A program made the position numbers and the translations under genes. From Micavibrio sp. (GTDB lineage: Bacteria > Pseudomonadota > Alphaproteobacteria > Micavibrionales > UBA9664): a stretch of DNA of 64,000 nt. Positions 18,420 through 28,386 of this stretch are shown in pieces. The stretch is taken from positions 14,839 to 78,838 of the forward strand of contig PAAR01000004.1 of the NCBI GenBank assembly GCA_002699085.1, read 5' to 3'. Numbering within the stretch: the stretch's first letter is position 1; each line of letters starts with the position of its first letter. The notes under the pieces are model-generated. The model ran no database searches, was not told where the DNA came from, and was given only the letters and a program-made list of their open reading frames with translations.

Positions 18420-19703
18420 TTAACTATTGTGAACGAATACTTCGCGGTGCGGATAAGGGATTTTTATATTGTTTTCTTTTAGGGCATCCCATAATGCTAG
18501 AAAAACGTCCCCTTTTACATTGGTAACACCTTTTTCAGCGTCTTTAATCCAGAAACGCAATGTGAATTTAATAGAGCTATCACCAAATTCGATTAAATGA
18601 CAGACAGGCAGAGGTTCTTCAACGACACGTTTGGCTTTCTGAGCCGCTTCTATAGCAATTTTTTTGATAAAATGTGGATCACTATCATAGTGAACACCGA
18701 AAACGATCTGCATACGTACAAGGGTATTGCCATGACTCCAATTGACAACTTGTTGTGTAATGAGATCTTCATTAGGCACAAGGTAAGAAATATTGTCACG
18801 TGTTACAATATTCGTATAACGTGCGCCCATATGCTCGACCCAACCAAAGGCTTCACCGTTTTGTAATTGAATAACATCTCCAGGTTTAATAGAACGGTCT
18901 AGAAGAAGTAGAATACCGCTGAAAAGGTTTGAAACACCTTTTTGCAGACCAAAACCAATACCAATACCAAGGGCACCACCAAACACGGCCAGAACGGATA
19001 AATCGATCCCTGCGCTCGTTATACCTATAAGAACAGCAATACTAATGAGTGCAAATTTGATTACCTTACTAATAAGAACGCGTGCCGTAACAGATATATC
19101 TGTCGTTTTTTGTAAGCGTTTGTCTAAGAAGCTGCTTAAAAAGAATGCGGCAGAAACAAACAACACAACCGATATGATAGATTGAAAAATAGATAAAACT
19201 GAAAGGCGAAAATCACCTATTTTAAAACCAAGGCCATCCATCGCTGAAATGGTATTGTCCAAAATGCCTAAGATCGAGAGAGCTGCAATAATCCACGCAG
19301 CGGACGTTAGTATTTTTCTCAGAAAGGTATTAGCGATGAGTTGTGCTGCAATTCGAATAAAAATCCAAGCCATTAAGAGTTTTGTTGCGGCCGTGATCCA
19401 AATTGTAGCAAAAGTGAAAGGGCTTATGGTTGCAATAGGAATGGTAAAGGCCAACAAAACGGCCATAATCATGTGGGGTGTCAAACCTGTAATACTTTTT
19501 AATATATGCTCGAAGCGCCACGGGAGGTTGGCTTGGTTGATAAGTCTTAAAAGTATTGGTGTTAATATTTTTTTGCCTAATAAGCCTAAACCGAAAGCTA
19601 TAAAAATAATGATAAATTCTATGCCTGTTTGTGGCGTTAAAACGTTGCCGTTTAACCAGCTTATGGCATTTTGGATAAATTTTAGGATTTCTTCTTCAAA
19701 CAT
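18420..19703 (-). CDS. mechanosensitive ion channel, MscS family (long N-terminal membrane domain)
   Basis: 427 aa. SGILLLLDRSIKPGDVIQL...GWVEHMGARYTNIVTRDNISYLVPNEDLITQQVVNWS matches the MscS core. Confidence 0.8.
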   Translation of the reverse strand: MFEEEILKFIQNAISWLNGNVLTPQTGIEFIIIFIAFGLGLLGKKILTPILLRLINQANLPWRFEHILKSITGLTPHMIMAVLLAFTIPIATISPFTFATIWITAATKLLMAWIFIRIAAQLIANTFLRKILTSAAWIIAALSILGILDNTISAMDGLGFKIGDFRLSVLSIFQSIISVVLFVSAAFFLSSFLDKRLQKTTDISVTARVLISKVIKFALISIAVLIGITSAGIDLSVLAVFGGALGIGIGFGLQKGVSNLFSGILLLLDRSIKPGDVIQLQNGEAFGWVEHMGARYTNIVTRDNISYLVPNEDLITQQVVNWSHGNTLVRMQIVFGVHYDSDPHFIKKIAIEAAQKAKRVVEEPLPVCHLIEFGDSSIKFTLRFWIKDAEKGVTNVKGDVFLALWDALKENNIKIPYPHREVFVHNS

Positions 19704-19715
19704 GATGGTGTCAGC

Positions 19716-20585
19716 TTACTCTGATTGGCCCTGTTTACCAAGGGCTAAGGTCTTTTCTCTTAAAATATTCGCGATCTCTAAATGTGGTTTTTGTAATAAT
19801 GCGGCATCAGGGATGATTGGTTGGCCAATATGAACTTTGATGGTTTTTCCTGCTTTGTTACGGCATTCATTTAAAACCAGCGATCTGGTTAATGTAAACA
19901 TTTTTGCCATTGCTGCTAAGCGAAACAGAAAAGAGTTTTCGCCTTCAAAGAATAAAGGGAGGATGGTTGGATATTGACCGTTTTCTTTGTCTCCACCTTT
20001 TGTAAGAAGATAAGATAGGAGCGCTTGCCACTCAAGATCTTCAAAAGGTTTGAGCAGGCCTTTTGGGCGTGCCAAACGACCAGCAGGAAAAATACCTATC
20101 GTGCCGCCATTTTTAAGGTGTTTTAAAGACTTGAAGATACTTTTCTTGTTGGTATCCACAGCCTCAGGCGTTTCGCCGTCATCAATGGGTAGTAAGAAGG
20201 GTGTTATACGATCCGATTTCAAAAGAACTTGATTGGTAAGAATGTAAAAATCTCTACGACGCTGAAATAATAATTGGTTCATGATAAAACCATCGACAAT
20301 GCCAAAAGGATGATTGGCAACAACAATTAATGGGCCTGTAGCAGGGATATTTTCTAGCGCACCGCTGGCGATTTCAATGCTTATTTTCATATGGTCGAGA
20401 GCAGTTGTGAAAATCGGATGGTCGGGGTTTTTGGCTCTGTCTACATCATGCTTTTTGATGCATTGGTCATAGTTATATTCAACCCATAGTCGACCTGTCA
20501 TATATTCAAGTGTGCTAACTAAAGCACGTGTCCAAGCGGATCCTTTATTTGAATAGGTGATAGGCTCAAAATCATACATAGGCAT
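19716..20585 (-). CDS. lysophospholipid (PlsC-like) acyltransferase family protein
   Basis: VVANHPFGIVDG (NH...D acyltransferase block) and GIFPAGRLARP (second block). Confidence 0.55.
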   Translation of the reverse strand: MPMYDFEPITYSNKGSAWTRALVSTLEYMTGRLWVEYNYDQCIKKHDVDRAKNPDHPIFTTALDHMKISIEIASGALENIPATGPLIVVANHPFGIVDGFIMNQLLFQRRRDFYILTNQVLLKSDRITPFLLPIDDGETPEAVDTNKKSIFKSLKHLKNGGTIGIFPAGRLARPKGLLKPFEDLEWQALLSYLLTKGGDKENGQYPTILPLFFEGENSFLFRLAAMAKMFTLTRSLVLNECRNKAGKTIKVHIGQPIIPDAALLQKPHLEIANILREKTLALGKQGQSE

Positions 20586-20730
20586 AGAATAGCAAAGGTG
20601 TTGTTAAAATCACTCTTTTTTATATAGCTAATAACATCTTTGTTATGTATTATACATAATTCTATAACTTGACATTTGAGGGTTTATTGGCCATTGTGCC
20701 TCCTTCCTAAAAAGAGGTGTGTTAATAATA

Positions 20731-21690
20731 ATGAAAATTTGGATTTTATTTAACGAAGAAATCGAAGCAGCCACGTCAGAGGCTTATGAAGTAAGACGTT
20801 TTCTTGCGGAAGGTAAGAAGATGGGTTTAGAGGTTGAGGTATATAACCCAGAGCAATTTGATCTTCTTGTTACAGATGAAAATCGTGACACTGTATTAAT
20901 TGATGGTAAGCCCCATACTTTACCAGATTTCTTATTACCAAGGACGTATGTCGTTGATACTGGTTATTTTGCCTTAGCTGTTATTCGTCAACTTGAGCGT
21001 ATGGGTGTGCGTGTATTTAATAATTCAGCCACGATTGAATCTGTTGCTGATAAAATGCATACGCATCAGATTTTAGCAGAAAACCATTTGCCAACGCCTA
21101 AAACAATGCTTGCAAAATTCCCTGTGAATTTAGCTCTCATTGAGCGCAATCTTGGTTTTCCTGTAGTTGTTAAAACATTATTGGGGGTTAATGGGACGGG
21201 TGTTTTCTTAATTGATACGCCTACAGCTTTCCATGATTTGATGGATTTGATCGGTGAAACGCAGCCAAATATTTTGCTTATTTTCCAAGAGTTTATTTCT
21301 AAAAGTAAGGGCCGTGATTTACGTTTATTTGTCGTTGATGGAAAAGTAGTTGCCTCAATGGAACGTAATGCTAAGCCCGGTGGTTTTAAGGCCAATTATT
21401 CACAAGGTGGTTCAGTACGTGAATTTGTACCAGATGAAGAGGCAATTCGTTTGGCAATTGATGCGTCAAAGGTATTGAATATTCAAGTGTCGGGTATCGA
21501 TCTTTTGTTTACAGAGGATGGCTACACAATTTGTGAGGCGAACACATTTCCTGGCTTCAAAGGCATTGAAAGTTGTTGTGATGTGAATATTCCAGAGCAA
21601 ATCTTTTTGGCCATGCAAGCACGCTTGGAGCGTGAAAAAGAAATGCTCGGCAAAATAGGCCGGCGCAAGACGGATACGTTTCTTAAGTAA
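20731..21690 (+). CDS. RimK-family ATP-grasp alpha-L-glutamate ligase
   Basis: ATP-grasp core (FPVVVKTLLGVNGTGVFL, DLRLFVVDGKVVASMER, GIDLLFTEDGYTICEANTFPGF). ATG at 20731 chosen; the GTG at 20719 is 2 nt from the AAGAGG SD. Confidence 0.75.
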   Translation: MKIWILFNEEIEAATSEAYEVRRFLAEGKKMGLEVEVYNPEQFDLLVTDENRDTVLIDGKPHTLPDFLLPRTYVVDTGYFALAVIRQLERMGVRVFNNSATIESVADKMHTHQILAENHLPTPKTMLAKFPVNLALIERNLGFPVVVKTLLGVNGTGVFLIDTPTAFHDLMDLIGETQPNILLIFQEFISKSKGRDLRLFVVDGKVVASMERNAKPGGFKANYSQGGSVREFVPDEEAIRLAIDASKVLNIQVSGIDLLFTEDGYTICEANTFPGFKGIESCCDVNIPEQIFLAMQARLEREKEMLGKIGRRKTDTFLK

Positions 21691-21697
21691 TTAAAAA

Positions 21698-23137
21698 TTA
21701 CCGCTGAAATGTAATTGGTGCGGGCTCTTTTACAATCAAATTATCTTTGTTTATTTCCAGAACGGCCATGCCTCGTTCTACGAGATTATTACGACCGAAA
21801 CGGAAAATACCATCGACACCTGCAAAACCATTTGGATTTTGGATATTATTACGGGTGTAGATTTGATCTGTTGAGTAACCTTCTTGTGCCCCTTTGTTGG
21901 CTAATACAGCCGCTAAAGCTGTGCCATCATAGGCTAATGAGGCAATACGTGCTGGACGTTCTCCGTAAACATTGGTGTAATTTTGCTCGAAGTCAAAGCG
22001 AGCTTGTGGCGATGGCGCTGCAAATAAAGACCCATTGAACGCAGGCTCGCGAATAAGCCCTGCATCATCCCACACACCTGTGCCCAGAAGGGTTGCGTTG
22101 TGATTGTCTACTTCATAGAAGCGTAAGAGATTAACAATGTTACGACCTAGTTCTCCGCCCACTGGGACAAATAATGTATCATAAGGAAGGTCGCTGGTTG
22201 TACTAACAAGTTGTAACTCTGCGAGCTTGGCTTTTGCTTCACGATTGGACGGGTTCATTTTAACCGCTTGTTCTGCAGCGGCTAGTGCTGCATCATAATT
22301 TTCTTTACGGGCATCGTAATTCACAAACTCACGAATATCAGGCGAGATATTATTATTTAGAGGACTGATTGTCAGAAGCTTCGTGACACGGCCGCCATGA
22401 CTTCTCACAGCATTATTGAAGCTGTCTGTTACGTTTTTACCGTAAGCATCTTCTGTGGAGATAACACCAAAATTCTTACTACCATTTTTAGAGGCGTACT
22501 CAGCAATGCGTGATACTTGTTCAAATGGTAAGATGCCCATCACATAAGTATTCTGACCTGCTGCTGTCCAATCTGTCGAGAAGCTGATATTTTGAATATT
22601 GGAGCGAGCGATATAAGGGCGTACTGCTTTTACTTCTTCAGAAAATAACGGGCCTAGTATAAGTTTTGCGCCTTGGTTAATAGCATCATTAGCCGCCATA
22701 ACGGCTATTTGTGCATCGCCTTTTGTGTCTTTAGGCATAAGTTCAAAATTTTGATCGCCAACGTCAAACAAAGCCATTTGTGCAGCATTTAACATTTGTT
22801 GACCAATTTTCTTGTGCTCTCCGCTAAGTGGTAAGAGGATAGCTACTTTGACTCGGTCCTTTTTAGGCGTGGCGGCTCTGACATTGCGGTAATCTGGTGC
22901 TTGAGCTGCAATCTCTTCTTGAGGTGCTGAAATGACAGCAGTGTCTTGATCGCTACGAACATAATAATCGTAGGGATCATAGGCTGTGCCAGGTTGTTCA
23001 ACGCTTAATGTGCCCTGTGCCAGAATACTTGGTAATGTTTCGGCATTCCCTGATGATAATGGTTTGTTAGGTGCTGTAACACAGCCGCTTAATGCGAGTA
23101 AAGAAAATAAAGTTAGGACAAAAGGGCGTAGTTTCAT
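21698..23137 (-). CDS. LpoA/LppC-like lipoprotein with a type-1 periplasmic-binding-protein fold
   Basis: Start trimmed to MKLRPFVLTLFSLLALSGC (lipobox). VKVAILLPLSGEHKKIGQQMLNAAQMAL resembles the Leu/Ile/Val-binding-like domain. Divergent from rsmI, as lpoA is in E. coli. Confidence 0.6.
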   Translation of the reverse strand: MKLRPFVLTLFSLLALSGCVTAPNKPLSSGNAETLPSILAQGTLSVEQPGTAYDPYDYYVRSDQDTAVISAPQEEIAAQAPDYRNVRAATPKKDRVKVAILLPLSGEHKKIGQQMLNAAQMALFDVGDQNFELMPKDTKGDAQIAVMAANDAINQGAKLILGPLFSEEVKAVRPYIARSNIQNISFSTDWTAAGQNTYVMGILPFEQVSRIAEYASKNGSKNFGVISTEDAYGKNVTDSFNNAVRSHGGRVTKLLTISPLNNNISPDIREFVNYDARKENYDAALAAAEQAVKMNPSNREAKAKLAELQLVSTTSDLPYDTLFVPVGGELGRNIVNLLRFYEVDNHNATLLGTGVWDDAGLIREPAFNGSLFAAPSPQARFDFEQNYTNVYGERPARIASLAYDGTALAAVLANKGAQEGYSTDQIYTRNNIQNPNGFAGVDGIFRFGRNNLVERGMAVLEINKDNLIVKEPAPITFQR

Positions 23138-23176
23138 TATCATAGGTGGCTCCAACAGCATTTAAATAAGTGAGAT

Positions 23177-24055
23177 ATGATTGATAGCGAAAAAATGAAG
23201 CTTTGGCCAGAACCATTTTCCCCGAAAACAGGATTGTATCTCGTGGCGACGCCTATCGGCAATTTACGTGATATGACGTTGCGGGCTTTGGACGTTTTGT
23301 CAGCAGCAGATATGATTCTATGTGAAGATAAGCGTGTCAGCACAAAATTACTTAATGCCTATGGTATTAAAAAACCACTAAGGCCTTATCACGATCATAG
23401 CACAGCGGCGGATAGAGAGGCTGTGCTTGCAATGCTAAAAGAAGGAAAGGTGCTGGCATTAATAAGTGATGCAGGCACGCCGATGATTGCTGATCCCGGC
23501 TATAAGCTTGTTAAAGCTTGTCGTGAAGCCAGCTTGCCTGTTTATGCAATTCCAGGTGCAAGTGCTGTGTTGAACGCATTGCAATTATCTGCAATGCCTA
23601 CAGACATTTTTACTTTTCAGGGGTTTTTACCTACTAAATCTGGCGCATTGAACGCACTATTGGCTACAATTAAAAACAAGACCGAGACGCATGTGTTCTT
23701 TGAATCAGCAAATAGATTAACAAAAACGCTTGGCTTTATGAAGGATGTGCTGGGTGATAGAAAAATTGTTATTGCCAGAGAGCTCACTAAAAAGTTTGAA
23801 GAAGTGTTTTCTGGAACCGCAGATGAAATACTAACGCATTACGAAACACATATCTTAAAAGGTGAGATTGTTATCGTTATTGAAGGTAAAAGTGATGAGG
23901 TTATTGGTGAAGATGCGCTGGATGATCTTTTGCGAAAAGCTTTATCAGCGAATAGCCTTAAAGAAGCAGTTGAGCTTGTGCGGATGCAGACCGCTTTGGC
24001 AAAGAAGGTTGTATATAATAGGGCGTTAGCGTTAAAAGATGCGGCAGATAAGTAG
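23177..24055 (+). CDS. rsmI: 16S rRNA (cytidine1402-2'-O)-methyltransferase
   Basis: LYLVATPIGNLRDMTLRALDVL, EDKRVS and LISDAGTPMIADPGYKLV are RsmI/tetrapyrrole-methylase-fold signatures. Confidence 0.9.
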   Translation: MIDSEKMKLWPEPFSPKTGLYLVATPIGNLRDMTLRALDVLSAADMILCEDKRVSTKLLNAYGIKKPLRPYHDHSTAADREAVLAMLKEGKVLALISDAGTPMIADPGYKLVKACREASLPVYAIPGASAVLNALQLSAMPTDIFTFQGFLPTKSGALNALLATIKNKTETHVFFESANRLTKTLGFMKDVLGDRKIVIARELTKKFEEVFSGTADEILTHYETHILKGEIVIVIEGKSDEVIGEDALDDLLRKALSANSLKEAVELVRMQTALAKKVVYNRALALKDAADK

Positions 24056-24389
24056 CTATCAAAAGGGGCTTTGGGCAGAATGGCTTGTGGCATTTTACCT
24101 TCGTTTTATTGGGTATAAGATTTTAGCCAAACGCTATAAAACCAAATTTGGTGAGATTGATTTAATTGCCCGAAAAAATAATGTACTTATTTTTGTAGAG
24201 GTGAAGGCGCGTAAAAATCAAGAGGATGGTCTTGAAGCCGTCACATTAAAAACACAAAAACGTATTATCAATGCAGCGAAAATATTTATACAAAACTATG
24301 AACAAGAGGTAATGGCGATACGTTTTGATGTTGCTGCCGTCTCCGCACATGGTATTGTAGAGCATATTCGTAATGCTTTTTGCGAATAA
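24039..24389 (+). CDS. yraN: YraN-family (UPF0102) endonuclease-like protein
   Basis: 116 aa. GLWAEWLVAFYL...GEIDLIARKNNVLIFVEVKAR. Overlaps rsmI by 17 nt. Confidence 0.8.
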   Translation: MRQISSYQKGLWAEWLVAFYLRFIGYKILAKRYKTKFGEIDLIARKNNVLIFVEVKARKNQEDGLEAVTLKTQKRIINAAKIFIQNYEQEVMAIRFDVAAVSAHGIVEHIRNAFCE

Positions 24390-24412
24390 GAATAATTTAA
24401 GGAGCCTATTGA

Positions 24413-25012
24413 ATGACACGATTTATTAAACCTTTTCTTATCGCATGCTTGTTGTGTCTGCCCATAGCTTTGAATGGTTGTACTGCCTTTGGTTTGGCAA
24501 CAGGTGCGGCGGCAACAACAGGTGTAGCGGCGGCAAGAGAAGGTGGCATCAAACAAAGTGTTAACGATGCAACTATTGCTATTAGCATTAAAGACCGTTG
24601 GTTTAGGTATAATGTTGAAACATTTGCGAAGCTTAATGTTACTGTGAATCAGGGGCGTGTGTTGGTAACAGGTGTCGTGCAAGACCCTAAACATCGTGTT
24701 GAAGCAATTCGTCTTGTTTGGACCATTGAGGGTGTTAAACAAGTTATCAATGAAGTACAAGTGGCTGATAGTGAAGGTGTTACGGGTTATGTCCGTGATA
24801 GCTGGGTATCAACACGTTTAAGAACGCAAATGACCATTGATAAAGAAATTCAGTCATTGAACTATTCTATTGATACAGTGCAGGGCGTTATTTATCTGAT
24901 GGGTGTTGCACAAGACCAAACAGAACTTAATCGTGTCATTGAAATAGCGCGTACGATACCAAATGCAAAACAAGTCGTTAGCTATGTTAAGCTGGCGGGC
25001 GTTCAGGAATAA
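24413..25012 (+). CDS. dual-BON-domain lipoprotein (DolP/YraP-like)
   Basis: Lipobox ALNGC. Two BON-like units (VTVNQGRVLVTGVV...; DTVQGVIYLMGVAQ...). Follows yraN, as dolP does in E. coli. Confidence 0.7.
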   Translation: MTRFIKPFLIACLLCLPIALNGCTAFGLATGAAATTGVAAAREGGIKQSVNDATIAISIKDRWFRYNVETFAKLNVTVNQGRVLVTGVVQDPKHRVEAIRLVWTIEGVKQVINEVQVADSEGVTGYVRDSWVSTRLRTQMTIDKEIQSLNYSIDTVQGVIYLMGVAQDQTELNRVIEIARTIPNAKQVVSYVKLAGVQE

Positions 25013-25857
25013 TGCAGGAAAAAGACCTAAGAGCTTACAGCGCTACACTTGCCTCTTTGCCTGATGAAGAGATCGATCTAGCTTTTGCCGCTATTTCGTT
25101 GGCGGCACCTAAATATCCTCAGCGGGTGCTTGAACGATACGGCCATCATATTAAAAAAATCTATGATGATGTCGGTATGCGTCATGCTGAACTATTAAAG
25201 GCAGGTGCTGAGGATGATCTGGCGACCAGAGTGGCGGCGCTGAAGCATATCATTCATGATAAATATGAGTATGTAGGCGATAAAGAAACCTACGATTCTT
25301 TGCAGAATGCCAATATGATTGAGGTCATTGAGCGACGTAAGGGATTACCTGTCGCTATTAGTATTTTGTATCTGGCAGCGAGCCATGCTCAAGGGTGGTC
25401 GGCTGAAGGTCTTAATTTTCCTGCTCATTTTGTAATACGAATGACAAAGAATGCGGAGCGGATGATTATTGATCCCTTTAATGATATGGATATTTTAGAT
25501 GCGGCTGGCTTGCGTCATTTAGTTAAAACTTTTATTGGTGGAGAAGCAGAGCTTTCAGCGAATTATTACGAATCAGTTTCAAGAATTGATGTATTGATTC
25601 GGTTGCAAAACAACTTAAAACTTCGCCTTATTTCCATAGAAGATTATGCAGAGGCTTTGGCTGTTGTTGAGCAAATGCAAAAAGTGGCACCAAGAGAGAA
25701 AAGATTTTTACTCGATCAAGGTGTGCTGTTTGCTAAATTAGATGAGAAAAGACGGGCTATTGAGGCTTTAGAGAGCTATTTAGAAGGGGATATAAACCAC
25801 CACGATAAGCATGATGTTGAAGCCTTTATCGCCGAGCTATATAGAAGTTTAAAATAA
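25012..25857 (+). CDS. SirB1/YchA-like transglutaminase-like plus TPR protein
   Basis: RRKGLPVAISILYLAASHAQGWSAEGLNFPAHFVIRM...IIDPFN resembles the SirB1 N-domain. ATG shares a base with the upstream stop (TAATG). Confidence 0.6.
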   Translation: MQEKDLRAYSATLASLPDEEIDLAFAAISLAAPKYPQRVLERYGHHIKKIYDDVGMRHAELLKAGAEDDLATRVAALKHIIHDKYEYVGDKETYDSLQNANMIEVIERRKGLPVAISILYLAASHAQGWSAEGLNFPAHFVIRMTKNAERMIIDPFNDMDILDAAGLRHLVKTFIGGEAELSANYYESVSRIDVLIRLQNNLKLRLISIEDYAEALAVVEQMQKVAPREKRFLLDQGVLFAKLDEKRRAIEALESYLEGDINHHDKHDVEAFIAELYRSLK

Positions 25858-25924
25858 TTTCTTGCCAAAACCTAGAACTGATATAGATTCATCTTGAATA
25901 ACAATTTACTCTTGGAGCATCCGT

Positions 25925-26458
25925 ATGATTACTAAAAAAATTCTAACAATTTCTGCTATTCTTTTATTAGCAGCCTGTTCATCAAATAAAGATAAAGATG
26001 TGCCGCTTTCTGAAGTAACGGAAATTGGTACAACTGGCCAAGCAGGTCAGCCAATCGGTCAAGGTACAATGTTTGATGATGTTGAGCTTTCTGGCCCGCA
26101 AGCGGGTACGCAAGAAGACCTCGTTGTGAACGTGGGTGACCGTGTTTATTTCGGTTATGACCGTTATGACCTGACATCAGAGGCGCGTGCACAACTTGAT
26201 TTGCAAGCACAGTGGCTGAATAAATACCCAAGCACAGCTATTACAGTTGAAGGCCATGCTGATGAGCGTGGTACACGTGAGTACAACTTGGCATTAGGTG
26301 AACGTCGTGCGACATCTGTGAAAAATTATTTGGTTGCTCTTGGTGTAACACCAAGCCGTATCCAAACAATTTCATATGGTAAAGAACGTCCAGTTGCTGT
26401 TGGTTCTAACGAGCAAAGCTGGGCTCAAAACCGTCGTGCGGTTACAGTCGTAAACTAA
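25925..26458 (+). CDS. pal: peptidoglycan-associated lipoprotein Pal
   Basis: Lipobox LLAAC. OmpA-like core EGHADERGTREYNLALGERRATSV. Confidence 0.9.
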   Translation: MITKKILTISAILLLAACSSNKDKDVPLSEVTEIGTTGQAGQPIGQGTMFDDVELSGPQAGTQEDLVVNVGDRVYFGYDRYDLTSEARAQLDLQAQWLNKYPSTAITVEGHADERGTREYNLALGERRATSVKNYLVALGVTPSRIQTISYGKERPVAVGSNEQSWAQNRRAVTVVN

Positions 26459-26465
26459 GAGAAAA

Positions 26466-27392
26466 ATGATTTTGTTAAAACCTAACAAATTTAAAATTAT
26501 ACCAGCTGCCGCCCTTATTGCGGCAGTTGGCATTTTTGCTTCATTTCCCGTACAAGCCCAAGAGCGTGAGTTGTTAAACCGTCTCAATCGTTTGGAAAAT
26601 GAAATACAGACATTGAATGATGCCGTTTATAAAGGCCAAAAACCAGCTTTTGATGTTAATCAACGTGAAGGCGGTGCGATTAATACATTATCACCTTCTT
26701 CTAATGCGCAGGCTGAAATTCGTATGAATGCATTAGAGCAGGAATTACGAGAGCTGACAGGGCGTGTTGAAGAGCTCAACTATAAAAATTCACAGCTCCA
26801 AGCGCAGGTGGAAAGTTTTATAGCTGACAGTAATTTACGTTTTCAAGATTTAGAGGGCGGCGCATTGGCTACACCAACAGAGCCTACAGTGTCTGGAATG
26901 AAATCAGTTGAAGTTACTAATCCAAAGCCTGATTTGGGGACATTACAAAAGGCTTCGCCACAAGATGATAAAACATTAGGTGTTCTGTCAGATAAGCCTG
27001 AAGGTTCCGATCCTGCGGCATTATACGAAGAGGCGTTTATGACGTTGCGTCAAGGGCGTTATCAAGAAGCAGAAAAAAGCTTTAAAGAATTTTTGAGTAT
27101 GTATCCGAAACATGAATTTGCGTCAAATGCACAATATTGGCTCTCTGAAAGCTTTTATGCACGTGGTCAATATGAGAAGGCAGCACAAGGATTTGCTAAA
27201 GGGTATCAAACTTATCCTAAAGCGCCGAAAAAGGCTGATAATTTACTGAAATTGGGTTTATCATTGGCACAGCTTGATAAAAAGTCCGAAGCTTGTGTGA
27301 CATTGCAGCAACTAGAAAATGAAGTACCTGATGCACCAAGCTCAATTAAAACCAGAGCGAAGCAGGAACAGGAAACACTTGGTTGTTCGTAA
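26466..27392 (+). CDS. cpoB: Tol-Pal system protein CpoB (YbgF)
   Basis: Signal peptide, coiled-coil N-domain and C-terminal TPR region (YEEAFMTLRQGRYQEAEKSFKEFLSMYPKHEFASNAQYWL). Follows pal. Confidence 0.8.
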   Translation: MILLKPNKFKIIPAAALIAAVGIFASFPVQAQERELLNRLNRLENEIQTLNDAVYKGQKPAFDVNQREGGAINTLSPSSNAQAEIRMNALEQELRELTGRVEELNYKNSQLQAQVESFIADSNLRFQDLEGGALATPTEPTVSGMKSVEVTNPKPDLGTLQKASPQDDKTLGVLSDKPEGSDPAALYEEAFMTLRQGRYQEAEKSFKEFLSMYPKHEFASNAQYWLSESFYARGQYEKAAQGFAKGYQTYPKAPKKADNLLKLGLSLAQLDKKSEACVTLQQLENEVPDAPSSIKTRAKQEQETLGCS

Positions 27393-28360
27393 TGGACGAT
27401 CTTTTTCAAGCTCTAGTCCCTCAAGAAAAACAAATTATCGTTGCTCTTTCTGGTGGTGCAGATTCTATGGCGTTGACGCATATGTTGGCAACACAGTCTG
27501 AGGTAGCGGTTCATGCTGTTACAGTGGATCATGGGCTCCGCACGGAATCGGCGGATGAAGCCAAAAAAGTAGGCGAGTTAATTGCTAAATTTCCTCGTAT
27601 TAAGCATGTCATTTTACAATGGCAGGGCGACAAACCAGAGGCAGCCATTCAAGAAGAGGCTCGTTTTGCCCGTTATGATTTGCTCAAGACCTACGCTTTG
27701 AAGCACAAAATTAAATTGATTTTCGTAGGTCATCACCAAGACGATCAGGCGGAAACCTTTCTTATGCGTCTTTCAAAGGGCAGTGGTTTAGATGGTTTAG
27801 CAGGTATGGCAGAAACACAAGATATGGGTGGTGACATTACACTCGTTAGGCCCTTGTTGAATTATACACATCAAGAGCTTGTAAAATATTGTCAAGATAA
27901 CAAGTTAGAATGGGTAGAAGATCCAACGAATAAGAATGACAAATATTTGCGGCCTCGTCTTCGAGCTGCTCGTAAAGTATTAGAAAAAGAAGGCTTAACC
28001 TCTAAGCGTTTGTCTGTCACAGCGCAGCGTTTGTCTAGGGCTAAAACAGCTTTGAATGAGGTAACCGATAGGTTGTTTAATCAAGCGACACTGACAAAAG
28101 AAACAGTGAAATTTGATTATCAAACATGGATTAGCCAGCCAGAAGAAATTAGGGTACGGCTTGTCTTACAGGCTTTTTCGCATCTAAGAGAGGCTATTTA
28201 TGCACCGCGTATGGAAAGTGTGGAAAACCTTGTATCAGCTATGGGACAAGCAAAAACTAAATTAAGGCGCACTTTAGGTGGATGTATTGTTGAAGTGGCG
28301 CCAAAAAAAGGCTATATTTCTCTTGCTTTAGAGCCCAAAAAGCCTAGTTTTAAAGGGTAA
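27392..28360 (+). CDS. tilS: tRNA(Ile)-lysidine synthetase
   Basis: PP-loop VALSGGADSMAL. ATG at 27392 overlaps the cpoB stop (TAATG). The track start at 27383 is a TTG. Confidence 0.85.
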   Translation: MDDLFQALVPQEKQIIVALSGGADSMALTHMLATQSEVAVHAVTVDHGLRTESADEAKKVGELIAKFPRIKHVILQWQGDKPEAAIQEEARFARYDLLKTYALKHKIKLIFVGHHQDDQAETFLMRLSKGSGLDGLAGMAETQDMGGDITLVRPLLNYTHQELVKYCQDNKLEWVEDPTNKNDKYLRPRLRAARKVLEKEGLTSKRLSVTAQRLSRAKTALNEVTDRLFNQATLTKETVKFDYQTWISQPEEIRVRLVLQAFSHLREAIYAPRMESVENLVSAMGQAKTKLRRTLGGCIVEVAPKKGYISLALEPKKPSFKG

Positions 28361-28386
28361 TGATTTTGTAGAAGAGGGTCTCGTTT

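Noticed and set aside
20643-20659. A perfect 7-bp inverted repeat, TTATGTA-tta-TACATAA, in the acyltransferase/rimK divergent region, considered as a possible operator.
   Set aside because: It is short and AT-rich in an AT-rich spacer, so chance occurrence is plausible. There is no adjacent regulator gene to link it to.
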